Positions 30,437-40,526 of a DNA stretch of 64,000 nucleotides are shown in pieces (within the stretch, counting starts at the first letter, position 1; each line of letters starts with the position of its first letter). The notes beneath the pieces were generated by a model, which ran no database searches, was not told the origin of the DNA, and was given only the letters and a program-made list of their open reading frames with translations. A program made the position numbers and the translations under genes. Source of the DNA: Gemmatimonas sp. (lineage in GTDB: Bacteria; Gemmatimonadota; Gemmatimonadetes; Gemmatimonadales; Gemmatimonadaceae); contig JANNVQ010000007.1 of NCBI GenBank assembly GCA_031414535.1, positions 1 to 64,000 on the forward strand. The letters run 5' to 3'.

Positions 30437-31923
30437 AAGGGAGCATGCAGCAGTCCGCTCGGCTCGGTCAGGAGATGCGGGCAAACCCGCGCCTGTATCA
30501 GGCGATGGACATGCTGTACATGCCCCTCCTCGATCTGCAGCAGCACCTCAAACAGGAACTACTGCAGAATCCCTTTCTCGAGATGATGGAAGAGGAAGAC
30601 GATGAGATTGCCGAGAGCGCCAGCGTCGAACTCGAGCAGGAGAAGAGCGTAGATCACGAGGCGCCCGAGGAAGGCCTCCCGAAGGAAGAGCGCGAGGACG
30701 ACTCGCGCTGGGAGGAGATTCTCCTCGATGGCATGGAGTCCGGCGGCATGCCGGAGCCTGCCGACGATCGAGAGCCCTACGAGCGGGTCACCGTCGAGTC
30801 GCGAGGCCTCGACGACCATCTGCGCGACCAGATTGCGCTGCTCGACCTCTCCCAGCGTGACCGCCTCCTGGCCGAAGAGTTTATCGGCAACATCAACGAG
30901 GAGGGGTACCTCGCCGCTTCGCTCGAGGAGATCCTGCGTGGCATCAATGAGGTCATCGTGCGGGCGGCCGAGACCGAGGAAGACGAGCGCGAGATTCCGC
31001 TCTTCGACCACGGTGATGCGCTGCGGATGTTGGCCGTGATGCAGGCGCTTGACCCCGCGGGCATCGCGGCGCGGGATTTAAAGGAATGTCTGATCCTTCA
31101 GTTGCCAGCGGCGGACCTCACCGGCTCGCTCGCCGAGCGGATTGTCCATGAGGCGTTCCCAGAGCTCATCGGCCACAAGTGGGTGGACATCTCGCGCAAG
31201 CTGAGTTGCACACCCGGAGAAGCGCAGACGGCGGCGGACGCGTTGGCGCGACTGAATCCCAAGCCGGGGAGGGCCTTCAGCGACAGCGGCGGCAACTATA
31301 TCGTGCCAGATCTCATCGTGGACAACATTGACGGTGAATACCTGGTCTTCACCAACGATCACAATCTCCCGCGCCTCCGCCTCTCCAAGTCGTATCAGGA
31401 CATCGCCCGCGACAAAAAGCGCTTCGACGCGGAGCACAAGGAGTTCATCACCAGCCGCCTGAGTGCTGCGCAGTGGCTCATTCAGGCCATCGAGCAGCGT
31501 CGTCAGACCATGCTCAAGGTCATGCACTTCATCGTGGACCGGCAGCGCGACTTTTTTGAGAAGGGCGTTCAGGGTTTGAAGCCGCTGACCCTGCGTGAAG
31601 TCGCCGACGGCATCGGGATGCACGAGTCCACCATCTCGCGCGTGACCAACGAGAAGTTCGCGCAGACACCGCGTGGGGTGCTGCCGCTCAAGTTCTTTTT
31701 CTCATCCGGCCTCAAGAGCACGGATGGCGAAGACGTCTCGGCGCGCGGCATCAAGGCGACGCTGCAGAAACTCGTCAGCGGCGAGGATCCACGGAATCCG
31801 CTCACCGACGACGCCATCGTGAAGTTGCTGGGCAAAGATGGACTCAAGATTGCGCGCCGAACCGTTGCGAAGTATCGCGACGAACTCGGCATTCTCAAGG
31901 CCCAGATGCGCAAGCGCCTCTGA
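30433..31923 (+). CDS. rpoN: RNA polymerase sigma-54 factor
   Basis: Gln/Leu-rich region I (ELLQNPFLE), PLTLREVA...HESTISRVT, and RpoN box ARRTVAKYR. Confidence 0.97.
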   Translation: MKGSMQQSARLGQEMRANPRLYQAMDMLYMPLLDLQQHLKQELLQNPFLEMMEEEDDEIAESASVELEQEKSVDHEAPEEGLPKEEREDDSRWEEILLDGMESGGMPEPADDREPYERVTVESRGLDDHLRDQIALLDLSQRDRLLAEEFIGNINEEGYLAASLEEILRGINEVIVRAAETEEDEREIPLFDHGDALRMLAVMQALDPAGIAARDLKECLILQLPAADLTGSLAERIVHEAFPELIGHKWVDISRKLSCTPGEAQTAADALARLNPKPGRAFSDSGGNYIVPDLIVDNIDGEYLVFTNDHNLPRLRLSKSYQDIARDKKRFDAEHKEFITSRLSAAQWLIQAIEQRRQTMLKVMHFIVDRQRDFFEKGVQGLKPLTLREVADGIGMHESTISRVTNEKFAQTPRGVLPLKFFFSSGLKSTDGEDVSARGIKATLQKLVSGEDPRNPLTDDAIVKLLGKDGLKIARRTVAKYRDELGILKAQMRKRL

Positions 31924-31931
31924 TCTCCCAC

Positions 31932-32882
31932 ATGAACGCACTTACCGCTCTCCCGCAGGTCTCCGTGCTCGTGCCCGCCAAGGACGAGGCCGAGAATCTG
32001 CCGACCTTCCTTGAACTCTGCGACGCGATGATCAAGACGGCCACCGTGCCGTACGAGGTCATCATCGTGGACGACGGCTCTACCGACGCGACGCCCCGAC
32101 TGTTGGAGTCACTCAAGGCCAAGTATCCGTGGCTGCACACGGAACGGCATCGCGCGCAGCGGGGCATCGCAGACGCGCTGCGCACGGGATACCTCGCGGC
32201 CCGCAGCGACATTCTCGTGTTCTATCCTGCCGACCTCCAGTTCAAGCCCGAGGACATCCCGCGGCTCGTGCAGCCCATTCTCGATGGGCAGTCGGATATG
32301 GTCACAGGCTTCAAGCAGGGTCATTACGAGAAAGCTTTTGTGTCGCGCATCTACAACGGACTCTCGCGCTCGCTCTTTGACGTACCCGTGCGCGACCTCA
32401 ACAATGTGAAGGCGTATCGTCGCGAGATTATGGCCGACCAGCCAGTGCGCCCAGACTGGCATCGCTACATGATTGTGCTCGCCCACGCACAGGGCTACGC
32501 CGTGACCGAGACGCCCATTCCGTTGTATCCGCGCACGGCGGGCAAGTCGAAGTTCGGCCTGAGTCGCATCCCCATCGGTGTGCTCGACATGCTCGCCGTG
32601 TGGTTCGAACTACGATTCGGCCAGAAGCCGCTGCTCGCCTTCGGCATGCTTGGTGCGGCGCTCTTTGCTATTGGGGTGATCTCGGGCCTCGTGGCCTTGG
32701 GCATGCTCGTGTTTCAAGGCATCGGACTTCGTTGGATCTGGACGCTCATCCAGACCTGTCTCTTGCTGGGCTCCATCTTCTTCTCCACCGGTTTGCTCGG
32801 GGAGCAGGTGGCTGTCACGCGCGCGGAGCAACGAGAGATTCGACGCCGTCTCGACGCCCTCCGCCCCGACGCGGAGCGATGA
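31932..32882 (+). CDS. GT2 polyprenol-phosphate glycosyltransferase (ArnC/GtrB-like, two C-terminal TM helices)
   Basis: VLVPAKDE, VDDGSTD, ADLQ, PRTAGKSKF motifs, two TM helices, GLLGE. Confidence 0.85.
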   Translation: MNALTALPQVSVLVPAKDEAENLPTFLELCDAMIKTATVPYEVIIVDDGSTDATPRLLESLKAKYPWLHTERHRAQRGIADALRTGYLAARSDILVFYPADLQFKPEDIPRLVQPILDGQSDMVTGFKQGHYEKAFVSRIYNGLSRSLFDVPVRDLNNVKAYRREIMADQPVRPDWHRYMIVLAHAQGYAVTETPIPLYPRTAGKSKFGLSRIPIGVLDMLAVWFELRFGQKPLLAFGMLGAALFAIGVISGLVALGMLVFQGIGLRWIWTLIQTCLLLGSIFFSTGLLGEQVAVTRAEQREIRRRLDALRPDAER

Positions 32883-34048
32883 CAGCACGTCGCGTCCTCT
32901 TCGTCACGCACGCCTACCCGCGATACGCGACGGACGGCGCAGGATCGTTTCTGCATCGCCTGGCTCTCGGGCTGACGGCCGCGGGCTGCGAAGTCCGCGT
33001 GCTCGCTCCGAGCGGGCCGAAGCTTCCACCCGCTGAGAATCTCGAGGGCATTGAAATCCGGAGGTTTCGGTACGCGCCCTCGGGAATGGAATCGCTAGCC
33101 TATACGGGCACGATGGCCGAGCAGGTGCTGGGCTCCCTGAGTGGGAAGGGCGCACTCTTGGGCATGCTCACGGCGGGCACGATGGCCGTACGTCGTGCAA
33201 TCAACGACTTCGAGCCGGACGTTCTCCACGCGCACTGGTGGTTCCCAGCTGGGCTCCTCGCGCTTGGCGCGGATAGTAGCGTCCCGCTTGTCACCACCCT
33301 GCACGGCTCTGACGTCCGGCTGGCGCGCAGGGTCAAGCTCGTGCATCCCTTGTTTCGAAAGGTGATGTCAAGGTCGCAACTGGTGACCGCCGTCTCGGGA
33401 TGGTTGGCGGGCGAAGCGCGCGCCATGGCTCCCGAGTCCTCCATTCGCGTTGCGCCGATGCCGGTGGACACGACATCGTTTGTCGCGTTGCCGACCGAGC
33501 GCATTCCCGGCCGCTTTCTCTTTGTGGGTCGGCTGAACGAGCAGAAGGGTTTGCGTGGCCTGCTCGACGCGCTGGCTTGGTGCCCTCCCGACCTCACGCT
33601 GGACGTTGTGGGTGAGGGCGAGGACCGCGCGGCGCTGCGTGCGCATGCGCAATCGCTCGGGCTCACGACCCGCGTCAACTGGATGGGACAGCTGGAACGT
33701 GCTCCGCTCGCGGGGCTGTATCGGCGTTCGCAGGCCGTGGTGATGCCTTCCGTACACGAAGGACTTGGGCTCGTCGCCGTCGAGGCCCAACTCTCGCGCA
33801 CGCCCGTGATTGCGTATCGCTCGGGCGGATTGCCTGACGTGGTGGATCCGAAGTGGGGCGGTATGCTCGTGCCGGCCCTCGATACGCGCGCGCTGGCCGA
33901 TGCGATGACGCGTGTACATACATACGCAGCGGGTGTCGAGTCTTGGGGGGCTGCCGCGCGGGCCGTAATGTTGGATCGGTTTGCGCCCACGATTGTGGCA
34001 GCGGGCTACCAGGCGCTCTACCGCGAAGCCTTGGCGCAGCGTGACTGA
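32879..34048 (+). CDS. GT4 glycosyltransferase
   Basis: HAHWWFP, TLHGSD, FVGRLNEQKG and EGLGLVAVEA (EX7E) motifs. Confidence 0.88.
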   Translation: MTARRVLFVTHAYPRYATDGAGSFLHRLALGLTAAGCEVRVLAPSGPKLPPAENLEGIEIRRFRYAPSGMESLAYTGTMAEQVLGSLSGKGALLGMLTAGTMAVRRAINDFEPDVLHAHWWFPAGLLALGADSSVPLVTTLHGSDVRLARRVKLVHPLFRKVMSRSQLVTAVSGWLAGEARAMAPESSIRVAPMPVDTTSFVALPTERIPGRFLFVGRLNEQKGLRGLLDALAWCPPDLTLDVVGEGEDRAALRAHAQSLGLTTRVNWMGQLERAPLAGLYRRSQAVVMPSVHEGLGLVAVEAQLSRTPVIAYRSGGLPDVVDPKWGGMLVPALDTRALADAMTRVHTYAAGVESWGAAARAVMLDRFAPTIVAAGYQALYREALAQRD

Positions 34049-35345
34049 CACGGACGCCGCAGCACTCGACTCGCGAAGCGCTACGGCCCGCCTCATGGGC
34101 TCGACGGCGCTTGGCCAATTGCTCGCGCTCGCCATCGCGCCTCTGCTCGGCCGTATCCTCGGGCCGGCGGCATTCGGGGCCTTTGCCGTGTATCTCGCCG
34201 TGCTTGGTTCGCTCGGCAATGCGGCCTCCTGGCGCCTCGGCCTCGCCGTGCCCGTACCATTGCGAGATGAGGACGGCACGGCGGTGGTGGCTGCGGGCAT
34301 CCTGGCGACGCTGCTGTCAACCGTGCTCGTGACGCTCGCGGTCTGGTTACTTGGAGATCGCGCAGCAAACGAGTGGCTGGGAAACGCCGATGCGGCGCCG
34401 CTGCTCTGGCTCATTCCAGCATCGGTACTCGGCGTCGGCCTGACCGATGTGCTCTCGGGCTGGTGCCTGCGCTATCGTCGGTTTCCCGCGCTGGTCCAAC
34501 AGCGCGTCGTGCGCGCGGTGGGCACGAGTGGGTGGCAATTAATTCATGCCTTGGTCGTGCGGGCGGGCGCGCTCCCACTTGTGTGGGGCGAGGTGATTGG
34601 ACGCCTCGCGAGCGTCGCGGCGATGGGGGGAGCGATTTGGCGCGCCGAGCGAGGGAGAGTCGCGGGACTCGGCTGGCCACAGGTAAGACAGGCATTCCGA
34701 AATCAGCGGCAGTTCATCACAGTCGCAACGCCCGCCAACCTGATCAATCAACTCGGCCAGTGGGTTCCGGTGTTTCTCCTCACCGCGTGGTGGGGCGTCG
34801 CGGCCGCCGGCCTGTACGTGGTGGGACAGCGCGTGATTGGGGTACCCATCGGACTCATCGGTGACTCGGCTGGGCAGGTGTACATCGCCGACCTCGCCGC
34901 TGCCTCGCGCAGTGAACCGGCGCGCATGAGAGTGTTGTTTCGCGACACTGCGCTCAAGCTCGGTAAACTCGCGGCTCTGGCAGCAACGGTCCTCATTCTG
35001 CTGGGGCCCCTCGCATTCTCGCTGGGATTCGGCAGCGAATGGCGTGACGCCGGGACCATGGTGCGTTGGCAGGGGATTGCCCTCGCCGCTCAGTTGGTGG
35101 CCATCCCGATGGCCCATACGCTGGTGGTGTTGAAGTTCCAGCAGCGCCAGCTCGTCTGGGATGTGCTCCGCCTGTTGGCCACGGTGGCGGGGTTTGGCAT
35201 CGCCCGGAGTTGGGAAGCGGATGCCGTGACCGCGGTGGCCCTCCACGGCCTGATTACCGCCCTACTCTACGGTGGCCTCACTTGGGCCAGTTGGCGCGCT
35301 GTGCGCGAGCGCGCCAATGCCGCAAAATCCAATGCCGCAAGCTAG
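34041..35345 (+). CDS. Wzx-like oligosaccharide flippase
   Basis: Multi-TM MOP-type protein; PLLGRILGPAAFG, AAGLY...R and FGSEWRDAG motifs. Confidence 0.8.
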   Translation: MTDTDAAALDSRSATARLMGSTALGQLLALAIAPLLGRILGPAAFGAFAVYLAVLGSLGNAASWRLGLAVPVPLRDEDGTAVVAAGILATLLSTVLVTLAVWLLGDRAANEWLGNADAAPLLWLIPASVLGVGLTDVLSGWCLRYRRFPALVQQRVVRAVGTSGWQLIHALVVRAGALPLVWGEVIGRLASVAAMGGAIWRAERGRVAGLGWPQVRQAFRNQRQFITVATPANLINQLGQWVPVFLLTAWWGVAAAGLYVVGQRVIGVPIGLIGDSAGQVYIADLAAASRSEPARMRVLFRDTALKLGKLAALAATVLILLGPLAFSLGFGSEWRDAGTMVRWQGIALAAQLVAIPMAHTLVVLKFQQRQLVWDVLRLLATVAGFGIARSWEADAVTAVALHGLITALLYGGLTWASWRAVRERANAAKSNAAS

Positions 35346-35368
35346 AGCCTGACTTACTTTTCTTATCT

Positions 35369-37726
35369 ATGACCGACACCACACGTCGCTCCAACATTTT
35401 GCCCGGCGTACTCTTTGCCCTCGCGTGGGCGGTACTGCTCGGCATTCTCTTCGCGCCGCTGTTCTCCGGCGGCGTGATCGTCAATCCAATGAGCGACGGC
35501 AAGGACGGCTACGTCACCCGTCACTTCGCGGCCAAGATCATCGCGCAGTGGGGGGAAGTCCCTCGCTGGAACCCCTACATCTTTGGCGGCATGCCATTCC
35601 TTGGCGCCATGCACGGCGACCAAGTGTATCCCATTTCTGTGGCCTTGCGTGCAATGTTTGCACCGGCGCTGGGCATCGGGTTGGGCATGGTCTTTCACGC
35701 GTGGCTCGGCGCGGTTGGCTTGCTGGCCTTCCTGCGCAAGCAGCAGCTCAATTGGAGCTCGGCGATTGTGGGCGCGACGGCGTACGGCATTTCGGGGCCG
35801 CTGCTCTCGCTCTTCTTTCCGGGTCACGACGGCAAGATTTACGTACTTGGCCTCACGCCTTGGGCCTTGCTCTCTATTTATGAAGCGTGCCGTACGCGAC
35901 GCCCCCTCTGGTTTGCGCTCTGGGGACTCATCGTTGGATTGATGCTGCTCTCGCCGCACTTTCAGATGACGTACTACTCGTCACTGCTGATGGGCGCGTT
36001 CCTCTTCTTCACGCTCTTCACCGAAACCGACAAGGCCGCGCGCATCCACGTGCTCGCGGCATTTGGCCTCGCCAGCGTGCTAGCCCTCGCGACAGCTGCG
36101 GCGCAGTTGATGCCCTTTGCGGAGTATCTGCCATTTAGCCCACGCTCCGCCGCGGGTTCGTCGTCCAGCGGTTGGGAGTACGGCACGAGTTGGGCCATGC
36201 CGGCCATTGAGTTGATTGGTACCATGTGGGGCGGATTCAACGGATGGCTGCTCGAGACCTATTGGGGCACCAACTCCTTCAAGCTCCACTCCGACTACAT
36301 CGGACTGCTCGTTGGCGTGCTCGCGCTCACGGCCTTGCTGCGTACGCCCGCAGGGCTAGAACGCAAGCGAGTGTGGTTCTGGATCGGTTGCGTAATCTTT
36401 GGCACGCTCTGGGTGCTCGGGGGGCAGACTCCGTTCTATCGCATCCCGTTCCACTTTTTCCCGATGATTAGCAAGACGCGGGCGCCCTCCATGATGTGGG
36501 GGCACGTGGCGCTGTGCTTCGGCGTACTCGCGGCACTTGGCTTCCATCAAGTGCAGGCGATGGCGCAGATGGAACGGGAACGCTGGGCCAAGCGCGTTGC
36601 GCTTGTGGTCGCCATCGGTGCCGTCGTGTTTCTCGCCTCGGCGGAAGGCATGATTACATCGCTCGCGCCGGCACAGCGGATTGAGGCGGCGTACGCTGCC
36701 GTGGATGGCGCACGCATGGGCTTGATGCTCGGCGCGGCGGCCGTGGTGGGGTTCGCACTCGTCGCTTGGATGGCTCCACAATTCCTTGCCGTTGCGGCGG
36801 TTGTGCTACTGCTTGGCGACCTTGGAAGCCAGGTGCGTCGCTTCATCGTGATTGATGAGCGCGGGGCAGGGGTCTTCGCCGCTGACGAGGTGGTGCAGGC
36901 AATTGAGAAGGATGCTGCCGGCACCACGCAGCCGTGGCGCATCGTGCCGTTGGGGCGCGTCTATATGGATGACTATCTGATGGAGCACCGCGTGCGCTCC
37001 GCACTCGGCTACCACGGCAACGAACCGCACACCTACGACGAGACACTGGGCGGCAAGAACCAGTGGGGCAACCTCGCTGATCCGCAGGCTTGGCGTTTGC
37101 TTGGCGTTCGCTATCTCGTGCTCGATCAAGCCCCAACGCAGTTACCGCCAGGATTCGAAGTCGTCGGGCGCGATCTGACGACTTGGCTCGGCGAACGCGC
37201 GACAGTACTGCGCATTCCAAGCCCTGCGCCTTGGGCCGTCATCGCGCCGCTCGCCTTCAAGCTCGACGACGAAGTGCAGACCATTACGACGGCCATGAAT
37301 CCGCAATTCGATCCGACGCGCATCGTGCTGCTCGCTGGCGACGCGAGCTTTGGCTCGACCACTCCGCCGGAAGCCCTGCCTGCGCCCATTACGCCCGCGC
37401 CCACCATTGCCGTAGAGGAACGCCAGCCCGGCGTGTACGCATTGACCATCAGCGGTCTCGAGCAAGATGGGTTCCTCGTCGTCAGCGAGAACCATCTGCC
37501 CACCTGGACCGCGACGGTGGATGGGCAGCCCGCGCCAATTGCTCGAGCCAACGGCAGCTTCATCGCCGTGCCCGTGAAGGCCGGCGCGAAGGACGTCGTG
37601 CTCTCCGTTGAATCGCGAGGAGACAAGCGAGGCCTTCAGGTTTCGTTCGCTGGCCTCGGGGGACTCGTGCTCTTGGCACTCTCCGGCCTCTTCATGAAGT
37701 CGAGAAAGGAAGAGGCGTCCGCCTGA
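35369..37726 (+). CDS. YfhO-like GT-C membrane glycosyltransferase
   Basis: PRWNPYIFGGMPF, many TM helices, LLGVRYLV, LVVSENHLPTWTATVDG and RANG..IAVPVKAG motifs. Confidence 0.8.
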   Translation: MTDTTRRSNILPGVLFALAWAVLLGILFAPLFSGGVIVNPMSDGKDGYVTRHFAAKIIAQWGEVPRWNPYIFGGMPFLGAMHGDQVYPISVALRAMFAPALGIGLGMVFHAWLGAVGLLAFLRKQQLNWSSAIVGATAYGISGPLLSLFFPGHDGKIYVLGLTPWALLSIYEACRTRRPLWFALWGLIVGLMLLSPHFQMTYYSSLLMGAFLFFTLFTETDKAARIHVLAAFGLASVLALATAAAQLMPFAEYLPFSPRSAAGSSSSGWEYGTSWAMPAIELIGTMWGGFNGWLLETYWGTNSFKLHSDYIGLLVGVLALTALLRTPAGLERKRVWFWIGCVIFGTLWVLGGQTPFYRIPFHFFPMISKTRAPSMMWGHVALCFGVLAALGFHQVQAMAQMERERWAKRVALVVAIGAVVFLASAEGMITSLAPAQRIEAAYAAVDGARMGLMLGAAAVVGFALVAWMAPQFLAVAAVVLLLGDLGSQVRRFIVIDERGAGVFAADEVVQAIEKDAAGTTQPWRIVPLGRVYMDDYLMEHRVRSALGYHGNEPHTYDETLGGKNQWGNLADPQAWRLLGVRYLVLDQAPTQLPPGFEVVGRDLTTWLGERATVLRIPSPAPWAVIAPLAFKLDDEVQTITTAMNPQFDPTRIVLLAGDASFGSTTPPEALPAPITPAPTIAVEERQPGVYALTISGLEQDGFLVVSENHLPTWTATVDGQPAPIARANGSFIAVPVKAGAKDVVLSVESRGDKRGLQVSFAGLGGLVLLALSGLFMKSRKEEASA

Positions 37727-38736
37727 TGGCTGACGTACGCGTGGTGCCCTACGAGCCACATCATCTGGAGCCCGTGCTCGAACTGATGCGGAAGTGGAGT
37801 CCAGATCATCCCGAGCTCGCCGAACGCTCGCTCGTGCAGTGGCAGCGCTGCGCGCGCTATGTGGCATTGGATGGTGATCAGGTGGTGGGACAAATTTGCC
37901 AAGTGGCGCACGAGTTCCGATACCGCGATTCGCGCGCAAGCGTCCCGCTGGGATGGGGCATCACGCTCGTGCTGGACATGTCGGACGATGCCACGCGCAA
38001 GGCGGCGGGTCGTCTCCTGCTCGCCACCTGCGAGAATGCACCCGGCCTCAAGTACGCAGCGGTGGGCGTGGTCCCCGCAATCGAGCCCGCCTACCTCCGG
38101 CGTGGGCATCGCCTCACGCGAGAGTCATCCGCCTACTTCGCGCGATTCTTCAGGCCGGAGAAGGCACTCGCCTACTGGAACAAGCCCACGTGGCTGGCGC
38201 CAGCCGTGCAGGCAGGCAACCTGATTAACTGGCCCAAGAATGCCGGCGCACCAGGCAAGCTTGAGCGCATCACGCGCTTTGATGCCGCTTGGGACGCCAC
38301 GTGGGATGCGTTGCTCAAGGCGCGTTATGAACTCGCCGGTACGCGCACCGCCGACTATCTCAACTACAAGCTTGCCCAGCCGCGCCGCGACTATCACGCC
38401 TACGTGCATCGCAGCGCCGAGGGAGCCGTCAATGGGTATGTAGTATTTCGCCGAGCGAAGCATCTGACGCGCGACTTGGACGTGGTGAAAATCTGTGATT
38501 TCGTCGGCGAGGGCGCCGTGCTCGACGCGCTCCTCAGCCAGGCCACAGAGTTCGCGCGCGAGGAGGAGGGTCGCGGCACGTATGGCATCGTCGGCCTGAG
38601 CTCACTGGTGGATACGCCGGCCTTGAAGCGCGCCGGCCTTTGGGTACAGCGGCCGTACCCGGTGGTTCTCGCGGGCGGCGTGGAAGGCGCTATCCGAGTC
38701 TCATTTTTTGACTCGGACCTCGACGACCTGTGGTGA
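37726..38736 (+). CDS. Hypothetical protein, probable tandem GNAT fold
   Basis: YVALDGDQVVG and RTADYLNYK...GAVNGYVVFR resemble two GNAT halves; coupled to both neighbours. Confidence 0.5.
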   Translation: MADVRVVPYEPHHLEPVLELMRKWSPDHPELAERSLVQWQRCARYVALDGDQVVGQICQVAHEFRYRDSRASVPLGWGITLVLDMSDDATRKAAGRLLLATCENAPGLKYAAVGVVPAIEPAYLRRGHRLTRESSAYFARFFRPEKALAYWNKPTWLAPAVQAGNLINWPKNAGAPGKLERITRFDAAWDATWDALLKARYELAGTRTADYLNYKLAQPRRDYHAYVHRSAEGAVNGYVVFRRAKHLTRDLDVVKICDFVGEGAVLDALLSQATEFAREEEGRGTYGIVGLSSLVDTPALKRAGLWVQRPYPVVLAGGVEGAIRVSFFDSDLDDLW

Positions 38737-39788
38737 TGGAAGTCCCGATTGTCATCGGCTGCGACACCGACCCTGATCGCGAAGGGTTCGTGGGGCCGCT
38801 GCCCACCGACCGCTTGGTATGGAATGGCATGCTCGAGGGCATTCCAGCCCTCAAACGCGAAGTCGCGTATATAACTGACCATCACGGCCGCGCTCCTCGC
38901 TTCACGTGGCTCGTGCGCGCCGACGAGCAGGTGCAGCAGTTGCACGGCGGCTACGCCTGGTGCCTCGAGCAGCATGCCGACTTCTTCGCTGGCCTCGTCC
39001 GCAGCGGCGACGCCCTCGGCTGGCATCCGCACTTTTGGCGCCGAGATCCGAACACGCAGCGTTGGTACCAGGAAGTGGAAGACCGGGCATGGCAGGTACG
39101 GATGCTGCACGAGGCCCACCTCGCCTTGATGAAGGCCGGACTCACACCAGCCAGCGTGCGCATGGGCTGGACCTACCACAACTCGGAAACTTTCAACGCC
39201 CTCGACGCGCTCGGTGTGAAGTTGGAGTTCTCGCCCTTTCCTGGACTGCGTAGCTACCGCCACGCGCCCAAGACACGAGACGAGAATCAGTTTGATTGGT
39301 TCGACACGCCCACGCAGTCGTTCTTCGCGAGTCGTCGCGATCCACGGGTTCCCGCAAGGGTGGGGGAGCAGGCCTGCCGAATGCTGAGCTTGCCGTGCTG
39401 GGTCTCACAACATCCGTTTTGGGGATTCGCGGCCGGAGTGCAGATGGTACGGAAGTCCGGACTGAGCGGCCTCATCCTCGACGCGATGCGGCGGCCAAGT
39501 TACGTGATCAATCTCACAGCCCGTCCGAACCTCTTCGCGCCGCTTGTGAGCCAGCTGAGAAAGTCGTTGAAGTCGCGAGACCGGGACCACAATCCACCCA
39601 CGTTTGCGACATATTTCCATCCGGACGAACTGATTCCAAACCGCAGTTCGATGTATGCCCGGGCGCACGTCGGGGAGAATCTGCGGGCCCTGCTGGATTG
39701 TATCCGGGAGGCCGGCGCGAAGCCCATCTTTGCGACCGCCAATGAGTATGTAGACCAGTGGGGCGGCAGCACGCGCTCCACCTCTTAA
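38736..39788 (+). CDS. Polysaccharide deacetylase-like (CE4/NodB-fold) protein
   Basis: GCDTD, FTWLV, LGWHPH, VRMGW and YFHPDE match the motif order of NodB-type deacetylases. Confidence 0.55.
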   Translation: MEVPIVIGCDTDPDREGFVGPLPTDRLVWNGMLEGIPALKREVAYITDHHGRAPRFTWLVRADEQVQQLHGGYAWCLEQHADFFAGLVRSGDALGWHPHFWRRDPNTQRWYQEVEDRAWQVRMLHEAHLALMKAGLTPASVRMGWTYHNSETFNALDALGVKLEFSPFPGLRSYRHAPKTRDENQFDWFDTPTQSFFASRRDPRVPARVGEQACRMLSLPCWVSQHPFWGFAAGVQMVRKSGLSGLILDAMRRPSYVINLTARPNLFAPLVSQLRKSLKSRDRDHNPPTFATYFHPDELIPNRSSMYARAHVGENLRALLDCIREAGAKPIFATANEYVDQWGGSTRSTS

Positions 39789-39794
39789 CAGACG

Positions 39795-40526
39795 ATGAGC
39801 ACTGCGAACCAACGGGGACTCGTGATTGTCCCGACCTATAATGAAAGCGAGAACATCCGGACGCTGCTGCGTGCGGTAGTCGATGCGGACGCCCGCCTCG
39901 ATGTCCTCGTCGTGGACGACAACTCGCCCGACAAAACCGGCGACATCGTGGAGAACATCCGCGAGACCGAGCCCCGCGTGCACATCCTTCGTCGTCCCGG
40001 CAAGATGGGACTCGGTACCGCCTACCGGGACGGATTCCGTTGGGCGCTGGCACGCGACTACGAGCTGATCTTTGAAATGGATGCGGACTTTAGCCACAGT
40101 CCCTCGCACCTTTCGGAGTTCCTCGCCGCGGCGGAGAAGGCCGACTTCGTACTCGGCTCTCGCTACCTAGACGGGAAAGTCACCGTGGTGAACTGGCCCA
40201 TCAGCCGCCTGTTGCTGAGCTACGGAGCCAACATCTACGCGCGCTTGGTGACGGGCCTCCAGCTTTGGGACGCCACTGGTGGATTCAAGTGTTTTCACCG
40301 ACGCGTGCTGGAAGCGATTGATTTGAATGATGTTCGCTCCAATGGATACGCCTTCCAGATCGAGATGTCATTCCGCGCTGTGCGAAAGGGCTTTAAGCCC
40401 ATCGAGATCCCCATCGTGTTCACGGATCGCACGGAAGGCGAGAGCAAGATGTCGGGCCACATTGTGCGCGAAGCCATTTTCATGGTGTGGCGCTTGCGCT
40501 GGTGGGCGCTCACGGGACGCGTATGA
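39795..40526 (+). CDS. Polyprenol monophosphomannose synthase (Dpm1/Ppm1-like GT2)
   Basis: VPTYNE, VVDDNSPDKTG, GLGTAY, EMDADFSH, DATGGF, GYAFQIE and DRTEGESKM motifs. Confidence 0.9.
   Translation: MSTANQRGLVIVPTYNESENIRTLLRAVVDADARLDVLVVDDNSPDKTGDIVENIRETEPRVHILRRPGKMGLGTAYRDGFRWALARDYELIFEMDADFSHSPSHLSEFLAAAEKADFVLGSRYLDGKVTVVNWPISRLLLSYGANIYARLVTGLQLWDATGGFKCFHRRVLEAIDLNDVRSNGYAFQIEMSFRAVRKGFKPIEIPIVFTDRTEGESKMSGHIVREAIFMVWRLRWWALTGRV

Noticed and set aside
35066..35368. N-terminal extension of the YfhO-like ORF
   Set aside because: It overlaps the flippase in another frame; ATG 35369 follows a T-rich spacer and begins a plausible membrane protein.
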